Below are positions 1 through 7,730 of a stretch of 64,000 nucleotides of DNA, piece after piece. Each line of letters begins with the position of its first letter. Positions within the stretch are counted from its first letter, which is position 1. The DNA is from Candidatus Poribacteria bacterium. GTDB taxonomy: Bacteria; Poribacteria; WGA-4E; PCPOR2b. The stretch spans positions 4,224,001 to 4,288,000 of the forward strand of contig OZ240245.1 of the NCBI GenBank assembly GCA_965198175.1, in the 5' to 3' direction. Below the pieces are notes generated by a model that saw nothing but the letters and a program-made list of their open reading frames with translations, was not told the origin of the DNA and ran no database searches. The position numbers were made by a program, and so were the translations under genes.

Positions 1-1
1 C

Positions 2-313
2 GATGCGTCAGTTCAGGCGCTCAAAGGGGAAAATCGTCCCATTCTACCCGAGGGTGAACGCGCCGAAATGGTGGCTGGCCTAGAATGTGTGGATTACGTC
101 ACGATTTTCCCAGAGTTGGATCCGACAGCTCTGTTATCCGTACTCAAACCGAACATTCACGTGAAGGGTGGAAACTACACGATTGAGGAGGTCGTTGAGC
201 GGGAAGTTGTCGAAGCCAACGGCGGAAAGGTGATTGTCGGATTAAATGTTCCGGGCAAATCAACGACAGATTTAATTAGGACAATCTGTGAAAAAGCAGT
301 GGAGGGTGGTTAG
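2..313 (+). CDS. rfaE2: D-glycero-beta-D-manno-heptose 1-phosphate adenylyltransferase (RfaE domain II/HldC), 5'-partial
   Basis: Frame open from the window edge: DASVQALKGENRPILPEGERAEMVAGLECVDYV...KPNIHVKGGNY...GKSTTDLI, the typical RfaE domain II C-terminal half. Confidence 0.9.
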   Translation, partial: DASVQALKGENRPILPEGERAEMVAGLECVDYVTIFPELDPTALLSVLKPNIHVKGGNYTIEEVVEREVVEANGGKVIVGLNVPGKSTTDLIRTICEKAVEGG

Positions 314-401
314 TGGAGAGTGCCCAGTTAAGACAAATGCTTTTAACTCTCCACTCACCACTGTTATTTACTGGTCACTGACCACTGGCAACTAGTCACT
401 G
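306..401. repeat. Heptamer-based inverted repeat plus tandem heptamers
   Basis: 306-321 GTGGTTAGTGGAGAGT pairs with 346-361 (15/16); 370-401 reads ACTGGTC ACTGACC ACTGGCA ACTAGTC ACTG. Confidence 0.6.
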
Positions 402-426
402 TTTCTAACGTGAGGTGTTTTTCCTC

Positions 427-3400
427 ATGAACATCAAATACATCCTTCTCGGAGGCGCGGCTGTACTGCTCGGTTTCCTCTTTTATCCACGTGGAGAAGT
501 CACGTCTGGCGGAAATCAACGGTTCATCCAACCCGTGCGCCACCTCGAAAACGAACCACTCCACTACACGGATATTCTGCGTGCGGACCCGATAGTTGAG
601 ACGTTTGATTTAGGATTCGTCTATAAAATCGACAGAGTGGACGTTCCCTTCGAAGATGCTGATGAGAGCGGTCCCAAACGGTTTGATTTGCTCGTTGATA
701 CCGTCCGGACGACACAGCGCTTCGAGCGTGCATTTTCCTACATCGGCAGTTCGCGCGGATATACCAATCCGTTGCACTCCCTCTCTATTCCTGCTGAGGC
801 ACGGTGGGTGCAGGTTGTAATTAACGATTGGTTCAGTAACAAACCGCAATTGAGAGCGGATGATTTTCGCGTCGGCGTGCGCTACCAATCCCACAGCCCG
901 ATTCTGACGATTGATGCCAATTACAATTCCGTTGAACTCCAGGAACTTATAGATCTCATCCCTTTTGAATCGTCGAAATGGATCGGCGCACAGCGGACAG
1001 AGAAGACGGTGGAGGAAGGAGAAAACAAGTGGACCGAAATCTCGTACAAATCACCATCTAGCGCGGTCGTCGTAACCGGCGGTTTGAGAGATGTCCAAGA
1101 TATCTACGGGGTTCGCGTAACAACCGATGGCCCTGGAAATAGCGTCAGGCGCTATCGGATTTTGACCAGCATTGATGGGCAACGCTACACGGAAAGCTAT
1201 ACCGCCGATAGACTCCCCGATGACACAGTAACGGATTTTCATCTGTTTAGTTCGCCCGCTTCAGCGCGTTATATCCGCTTGCGTATTGATAGTGGAGATT
1301 GGTATGGAGATTATCCGGAGATTCGGGAATTTGAAGTTTTCACCGAGGACTATCGACCGACACACCCTGTTGAGCGCCGATTGAGTAGTTACAACGCGGT
1401 TCAGATACATCACGAAAATCTGGGATTTGACAACAATGCCTTCGCGCCGAACCTTGAGCAAGGTTTTGCGTTTGATCGAGATACGGGCGACGAAAACCGC
1501 TATTTGCTGCCGGCGGGTAACGAGGCGGATAAAGTTGATTCGGGCAATACTCTCGGTCAGAGAAGCTTCGCTTACCACTATGACGCGGTAAAAATCAGAT
1601 ATACAGGATTACATCCATCCTTTTTATATTGGGTGCGAGTAACCTACCTGCAAAAAAACGACGGTCAGCGCATTCAAAACCTTATGGTTGATGGGTTTAT
1701 CCTGCACGAAGCGATGCCAATTCCACGGGGCAAAGCGGAATCTCTCACCTATCCCATCCCGGCAAAAGCCTACGCCGATGGTAAAATTGAATTCAATTTC
1801 AACCGCTTAGCGGGACCCAATACAGTCGTTTCAGAGGTCATCATCTTGGAAGCACGAGAACCGATGGATGTGTCGTCCACACAATCCCCCGACCAAACGG
1901 ACGAAACCATTGGCAAAGCGATTCGGACCAGTGAAAAGGTGGTAATCGATGGCACAGTGGGCGAATGGCCGTTGCTCTATCCGATGCTTCCACAGAACTA
2001 CAAAACACCAGTGGATTCACCGATAGCGCTTTACATGCAGTGGGACGATGGCAACCTTTACGTGGCTGCAATCATCAATTGGCACAGTCGCAACATCCTT
2101 GACTCTCCACACCCAGAGAATATAGAGCGGGGGAATACAGAGGCGCTGCACCTCTTTATTGATACTGCCCTCAACAGATCGCCGGGAATGTACAAAGACA
2201 GCGATCACCACTACGTTTTTACTTTCCTTGATGCACACAAATCCCAGCCACGAGTACAGTCTTCACAGATTCACCATCATCTCGATGCAATCCGGCATAA
2301 TATTAACGACCGCAAAGAAATCGAAGCGAACGTCTCCAAAACAGAGAACGGATATGCCCTAGAAGCAAGGATACCTAAAACGCTAGTACTCAATGGGTTT
2401 AATCCAGCGGTGGGCAAGTCCCTCGGTTTCAATTTTGTGATGACAAATCTCCAGCTGTTGAATCATCGCCCTAGCTGGTTTGCCTATGGGACATCCAATC
2501 TCAATGCACCTCCGAATCGCTGGAATACAGTCGAACTTGTTGACCGGATTAGCGGACAGATTGCATTACTGGATGAGAACGCTGCTCGTCAAATTACGAC
2601 GTTTAACGCTGGGGACCTTCTGACCCTCTGCGTTTGGGATGCGGACAGAAACACCGATCGTCATAAATCGGAATCCATCGAAGCAGAATTACGCAATCAA
2701 CGAACAGAACAGTTGCTTACAGTTCTCCTGCATGAGGTCGATCTCGCAGTGCTAGCGGACGATAATCCTGATAACGATAGGACAAGTAAAAGCGCCTGCT
2801 TCGCAGCAAAAATCCCAACCGCCTACGACGAAGGGGAAGAGAAGGCTGAAGACATGGAATCTTTAGTTTTTCTGGTCCGCGGCGAAGACAAAGTTTCCCT
2901 CACATACTTCGATCCCTATTACAGCAGTACCCAGCGAGAATATCCCGTTACTGCTACAGCCACAGTCAACACAGGAACAACGGGGACGATTTCAATTATC
3001 ACAATGTCCGGTGAATCGCTCAAGGAGATTCAGGTTGGCGATAAAATTTACATACAGGTTCAAGACGATCTAAGTAACGCGCTCCTTTCCCAAGGGATGA
3101 CGATAGAAGTGACGCTTGCTGTTCCTGAAACGGAAGAGATTGAGACAGTAAAGCTCACCTATCGGCACGAGGGCAACGACTACATTGGGGCAATTGAGAC
3201 TGCCTATAGTGAGACGCCCAAGCCGAACAACGGCGTGCTGCAAGCCACTGGTAGACAAGTTGTGAGGGCGTCCTACCTAGATGCAATCCAAGCGACCGGT
3301 AAAACGAAGGTGCTCGTCCATGCAGAGACAAGCGTAAAAATCGGCACTACGGCGCAACTCGAATTGAGTCTGATCAACCGACCGAACAGGGAGGGCGATA

Positions 3401-6400
3401 GTTTTAACCGACAGGATAGCGAAAGATCAACCGACCGATTAGGGAACGCGATAGTCTTCACCGACAGGAACAACCGCAAGTTCTTCAATGCAGGCAGTCC
3501 GCTCTCCATTTGGTTGAAGGACACAGATCTGAATCAAAACAGTCAACTGCGGGAATTTGTTGAGGTAAACTTGAGTAGCAATCTGACCGTCGATCGGTGC
3601 ACGTTGGCGCTGAAAGAGACAACCGAAAATTCAGGGGAATTCACAGAGATATACCCAACACAGTATGCGACACACGCCGATCTATCCAACGATATGCTTG
3701 AAGTCGTCGGCAAAGCGGTGGTGACGCTCAGTTATGTTGATGCACTGCAAGCCTCTGGCGAGACAGATGTGGTTATCACAGATGAGGCGCATGTGAACGC
3801 TGGCGACGATGGGGTCCTTGAAATAGTTAAATCGAATTACTTGACGAATCTGAAAAACTTCAACGCCGGAGGCAAACTCCATTTCCGTCTCCGCGATAGA
3901 GACCTTTTCGATGATGTCGTTGAGATTGTGCTTACGGGACATAATCTGAGCGATCGAGAAGATGTGTTGCTATCGCCGACTCCCGCGGGGGGGGATGCAC
4001 GTTACGCTGTTGGGGGAACCTTATTCGGTTCTATCGAAACGGCCTATGACTCCGAGGCAACAGTGGGCGATGGCAGATTACAAGTGCAGGGAGCAGATCC
4101 TGTTCGAGCAATCTATATTGATGCGCTGCGATCAACCGGTGAAACTGATGTTGAGGTTTCGGATGTTTGCGCTGCGGCGATAGGGACGACGGGAACAGTC
4201 AAAGTGTATAAGGAGGGATCAACTGAACGAATAGCGAAGGCGATAGTTTTCACCGAACCCAATGCGGCGGAGAACGAAGAAATATCGGGATTCCGAGCAC
4301 GTGATACGCTTATTCTGGAGGTTCAGGATGCCGATCTCAGCACCACGAATCCGGTAGCACAGATATTTGACACGGATTTCATCGAAAACAAGAAACGAGA
4401 CCATGTTCGCGCGACAATGGATGAAGCGACGGGAAGTGCCGGCGTTTTTCGTGCCGTAGTGAAAACAAGCTATGGGGAAGTGCCAATTCCAGACGATGAC
4501 ATCCTGCAGGTGCAGGGAGATGGAATCGTGACATTTATTTATACTGATGCCCTACAAGACACCGGCGCCACACAGGTTCCCGTCCGTGTGGAGCTTTCTG
4601 TTGAAACTGGGGATACAGGGACTTTGGAGATTTTCAGCGCAGAGAGCGGCAAAATCATCACCAGATCTCCCTTCGTCGGAAGCTTTAATGCGGGCGCAAA
4701 ACTACACGTTCAATTAGAAGATAAAGATTTGGATATCTCCCCAACGCGAATTGACACCGCTCTGGTAACCGCCACTGGGAACGTAATTGCAGATAAAGTT
4801 CAACTCATCTTATGGGAGACGGGAGAGAATAGCGCGATTTTTGATGGAACTCTACAGACACAACAAGGCGGCAATACAATCAAGCGAGTGAATGACGAGC
4901 GCGATGGTCTTCTAAAACTATCGCCTTCGTTATCCGCTCAGTTGATCCCCATTGAAGCGACTGACAAGACCGATGATATTCTACACGTGAAAGATAAAGA
5001 GCTCGTCAGTGTGGTATACACCGATGAACTCACCGCTACCGGCGAAACAAACGTTTCAATCCAAGCTCAAGCGGTTGTATTAAGCAGCAGCGCGGGCATT
5101 CTGCGAATTGTTAATCGAAATGCAATAGAAGAATCACCTACACAGTTTGGAACAAAGCGTACTGTCGCGGCTCATGAACTCGGAAGTTTCAACGCCGGCG
5201 AGACAATCTATTTCTGGCTAGAGGATCTGTTTCTCAGCACAGTTGTCGGTGCCGATATGGTCAAGGTTACCGTTACCGGGAACAAGACTAACGATGAAGC
5301 CGAGGTAGTGCTCACGGCGGTACCGAAAGCTGAAGGCGTCTTTGTCGCATCCATCCCGACACGGTACGGCACAACACCGGTCGCCGATGGAACACTCGAT
5401 GTGCAAGGGGACGAAGAGATTCTCGCAGTTTACACCCCTGACTTTCCGTTTGCAAACGCCGTCGCTGTCGAAGATCGCGCCTACGTCAATAAGGGGGTTC
5501 GAGGACGCCTGATGATTACCCGCCAAGATGGTACAATCATACGTTACTTTAGTCCTGGAAGCCCATTGCATTTTCAACTGGAGGACGCAGACCTAAATCT
5601 AGACGCCTTCGTCGTCGAATCAACACCCTTACAGGTCAAGACCAAGTCGCGAGAAATTGTCGTTACGCTAGTTGAAGAAAACGCAAATTCGCACATCTTC
5701 AGGGGGTCAACGTCAACGCAATACGGGCAAACGATACTTGACGCAGGACTCAGATTGGTCGGCGGGGAAACAGTAATAGCAATTTACGAGGATGCGCTAA
5801 TTGACACGGGAGAGACAAACGTGGGAATTAATGCCAGTTGTCAGGCAAACTTGATTGCCCGAGCACCGTACACGAACAGACCGATGCTCATTGACGGTCT
5901 TGATGACAAGTGGCCACTGGAAAAGGCGCTTAGAACGCCGCAGGATGAAGGACTCCTCTGGTTGCTGTGGGGCAAAGACTCGCTTTATGTGCTGGCACAA
6001 ATCTATGACGATGACGTTGTCGCGCCAGATCCAACGAAATATTACGAAGATGCAGATGCCCTGGAATTGCATTTCAATCTTCGCCCCGGTGGAGGGAGCA
6101 AACCAGCCTACCTACAAACCGGAAACGATCCAAACCGATTTATCCTCTGGATCTGTCCAAAGGGCGCGGGCTTCGATGGCCATCAACCTTATATCGGACA
6201 ATGGACACCAGAACAAATCTATAACTACGAAGCGAAGAATTTCGATGTCGCCGTAAGGCACGAGTCCAATTACTACATCATCGAGGCGCGCATCCCCTTC
6301 TTCCCAGTCCTTCGCGGCTTCGATCCCCTGAAAACCAGACGAAATAGCCGTATTGGATTTAACTTTGTGATTCACCGCTCCCATGATCAGGCGGTCTACT

Positions 6401-6477
6401 GGGCGTCCCAAATACCGGGGACAGAACCCACTTATCCGGGCAATTTGGGGGCTCTCATCTTAGAATCCCCGCCATAA
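427..6477 (+). CDS. Giant secreted/membrane-anchored modular protein: discoidin-like region, two CBM9/DOMON-like domains and 8 internal ~120-aa repeats
   Basis: SD GAGGTG at 412-417 before ATG 427; N-terminal hydrophobic anchor; ARYIRLRI..IREFEVF; two IDG..EW/W..D.LY....EARIP..GFNF domains; repeats FNAG..L...L.D.DLN...E..ENS..F...Y.DAL..TGET. Confidence 0.75.
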   Translation: MNIKYILLGGAAVLLGFLFYPRGEVTSGGNQRFIQPVRHLENEPLHYTDILRADPIVETFDLGFVYKIDRVDVPFEDADESGPKRFDLLVDTVRTTQRFERAFSYIGSSRGYTNPLHSLSIPAEARWVQVVINDWFSNKPQLRADDFRVGVRYQSHSPILTIDANYNSVELQELIDLIPFESSKWIGAQRTEKTVEEGENKWTEISYKSPSSAVVVTGGLRDVQDIYGVRVTTDGPGNSVRRYRILTSIDGQRYTESYTADRLPDDTVTDFHLFSSPASARYIRLRIDSGDWYGDYPEIREFEVFTEDYRPTHPVERRLSSYNAVQIHHENLGFDNNAFAPNLEQGFAFDRDTGDENRYLLPAGNEADKVDSGNTLGQRSFAYHYDAVKIRYTGLHPSFLYWVRVTYLQKNDGQRIQNLMVDGFILHEAMPIPRGKAESLTYPIPAKAYADGKIEFNFNRLAGPNTVVSEVIILEAREPMDVSSTQSPDQTDETIGKAIRTSEKVVIDGTVGEWPLLYPMLPQNYKTPVDSPIALYMQWDDGNLYVAAIINWHSRNILDSPHPENIERGNTEALHLFIDTALNRSPGMYKDSDHHYVFTFLDAHKSQPRVQSSQIHHHLDAIRHNINDRKEIEANVSKTENGYALEARIPKTLVLNGFNPAVGKSLGFNFVMTNLQLLNHRPSWFAYGTSNLNAPPNRWNTVELVDRISGQIALLDENAARQITTFNAGDLLTLCVWDADRNTDRHKSESIEAELRNQRTEQLLTVLLHEVDLAVLADDNPDNDRTSKSACFAAKIPTAYDEGEEKAEDMESLVFLVRGEDKVSLTYFDPYYSSTQREYPVTATATVNTGTTGTISIITMSGESLKEIQVGDKIYIQVQDDLSNALLSQGMTIEVTLAVPETEEIETVKLTYRHEGNDYIGAIETAYSETPKPNNGVLQATGRQVVRASYLDAIQATGKTKVLVHAETSVKIGTTAQLELSLINRPNREGDSFNRQDSERSTDRLGNAIVFTDRNNRKFFNAGSPLSIWLKDTDLNQNSQLREFVEVNLSSNLTVDRCTLALKETTENSGEFTEIYPTQYATHADLSNDMLEVVGKAVVTLSYVDALQASGETDVVITDEAHVNAGDDGVLEIVKSNYLTNLKNFNAGGKLHFRLRDRDLFDDVVEIVLTGHNLSDREDVLLSPTPAGGDARYAVGGTLFGSIETAYDSEATVGDGRLQVQGADPVRAIYIDALRSTGETDVEVSDVCAAAIGTTGTVKVYKEGSTERIAKAIVFTEPNAAENEEISGFRARDTLILEVQDADLSTTNPVAQIFDTDFIENKKRDHVRATMDEATGSAGVFRAVVKTSYGEVPIPDDDILQVQGDGIVTFIYTDALQDTGATQVPVRVELSVETGDTGTLEIFSAESGKIITRSPFVGSFNAGAKLHVQLEDKDLDISPTRIDTALVTATGNVIADKVQLILWETGENSAIFDGTLQTQQGGNTIKRVNDERDGLLKLSPSLSAQLIPIEATDKTDDILHVKDKELVSVVYTDELTATGETNVSIQAQAVVLSSSAGILRIVNRNAIEESPTQFGTKRTVAAHELGSFNAGETIYFWLEDLFLSTVVGADMVKVTVTGNKTNDEAEVVLTAVPKAEGVFVASIPTRYGTTPVADGTLDVQGDEEILAVYTPDFPFANAVAVEDRAYVNKGVRGRLMITRQDGTIIRYFSPGSPLHFQLEDADLNLDAFVVESTPLQVKTKSREIVVTLVEENANSHIFRGSTSTQYGQTILDAGLRLVGGETVIAIYEDALIDTGETNVGINASCQANLIARAPYTNRPMLIDGLDDKWPLEKALRTPQDEGLLWLLWGKDSLYVLAQIYDDDVVAPDPTKYYEDADALELHFNLRPGGGSKPAYLQTGNDPNRFILWICPKGAGFDGHQPYIGQWTPEQIYNYEAKNFDVAVRHESNYYIIEARIPFFPVLRGFDPLKTRRNSRIGFNFVIHRSHDQAVYWASQIPGTEPTYPGNLGALILESPP
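3372..4948. repeat. Four copies of a 35-45 bp intragenic DNA repeat (3372-3416, 3425-3469, 4217-4261 direct; 4914-4948 inverted)
   Basis: Consensus GATCAACyGAmCGAwyAGsGArsGCGATAGTyTTmACCGA; 4914-4948 matches the reverse complement of 4216-4250 at 32/35. Confidence 0.8.
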
Positions 6478-6479
6478 AA

Positions 6480-6495
6480 GTAGGTTGGGTTGAAC
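6480..6495 (+). repeat. GTAG-type REP-like motif
   Basis: GTAGGTTGGGTTGAAC directly after the stop codon; second copy on the - strand at 32317-32332 (GTAGGTTGGGTAGAAC). Confidence 0.5.
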
Positions 6496-6811
6496 AAATC
6501 CAAAGAAATATACCGACCATTAACTTGATTGCGATGTCCATTTCGACTTACAGATTCACAATCGAGCTTTGAATTCGTTAAAAATCATACAACAGAAACC
6601 AAGTTTTTAATTTTAGATAGAAATCTAACGAGGACACCGTTCAACATCATCGGTCTTCGGATAATGCTGACTGCTAGATTTGGCTCGCGTATCATTCTAG
6701 TATCAGGATGTAGCAAAATTGCTACGGCCCCCTTGATATACGTCTAACAAATAACCAGTTATTCGTTCATTTTCTCTAGCAATGAGGGTAAGCACAGGGT
6801 ATTATTCGTTA

Positions 6812-6826
6812 TGGCATATTATTTGC
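6812..6826 (+). promoter_or_regulatory. Sigma-54 (-24/-12) promoter, originally upstream of the WD40 gene
   Basis: TGGCATATTATTTGC = GG-N10-GC; candidate activator palindrome GTAGCAAAATTGCTAC at 6710-6725. Confidence 0.7.
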
Positions 6827-6855
6827 GATACTTGACACCCGATTTGGTTGCACTA

Positions 6856-7671
6856 GGTTCTGTTGACATTTCAACGAAGCCAGATAAGCGTAGAGACAAA
6901 ACTCAGAAATCCAAAATAACGGACAGCCAGTTTCTCGAAACGAGAGAAGATACGACGATACCATTTTAGCTTGTTGATGAAACATTCAACCAGATGTCTC
7001 TCTTTGTATATATGTTTGTCATATGTTCTTTGAGTGCCACGATTACGTCGAGGCGGTATCACCGCCATCGCTCCATTCGTCTCAATAACGTCAATAAAAC
7101 CGTCCGAATCGTATCCCTTGTCTGCAATAACATACTCACTGTCATATCCAACTATCAACGCTTCGGCTTCAGCTATGTCGTGTCTCTGACCGGGGGTTAG
7201 CTGGAGTCTAAGCGGATTACCTAGTGCATCAACTGTGATGTGAATCTTAGTGCTAATCCTCGAGAGCGGCCTAGCGCTTGGTTGTCGGCACCTCCGTTTT
7301 TTTTGAGGCTCCAGCCGCACACGGGTGAGCCCGGCAAATGGTAGTATCAATAATAAGCCACTCCAGATCTGGGTCGGCGGTAAAGTAGCGGTGCATCTGT
7401 GAGAAGATTCCTTTGTCACACCAGCAGCTAAACCGCTTGTAGATGGAGTTCCAATTGCCATAGGCAGTAGGCAAGAGTCGCCATTGAGCCCCGCTACGAG
7501 CCACCCACAGGACGGCTTCGACGAATCGTCGGGTTCCGGCTTCGTTGCGGACATAGATGTTGGAACAGCTTAGAAGAAACTGATATATCTTTCTCCATTG
7601 GTCGTCAGGTAAAGTTATGGGCATCATTCTTCTATTATGCCACAACCTTATAACCAAATGTCAACAGAACC
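6856..7671 (-). mobile_element. IS5-family (IS427-group-like) insertion sequence, 816 bp
   Basis: Perfect 16-bp TIRs GGTTCTGTTGACATTT (6856-6871 / 7656-7671); TA duplication at 6854-6855 and 7672-7673; reconstructed empty site ACTAGT. Confidence 0.92.
6871..7627 (-). pseudogene. IS5-family transposase (orfA/orfB) with an A8 slippery site and an additional frameshift lesion
   Basis: orfA: RSGAQWRLLP..YGNWNSIYKRFS...IIDTTICRAH; orfB: STKIH..VDALGNP..ADKGYDSD..YKERHLVECFINKLK; the ALGRSRG linker lies in a third frame. Confidence 0.8.
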
Positions 7672-7730
7672 TAGTAAACTAGAATTTTCGTAAGTGAGTA
7701 TCCACGTGATGATTAAGGAGGAGCGAGACA

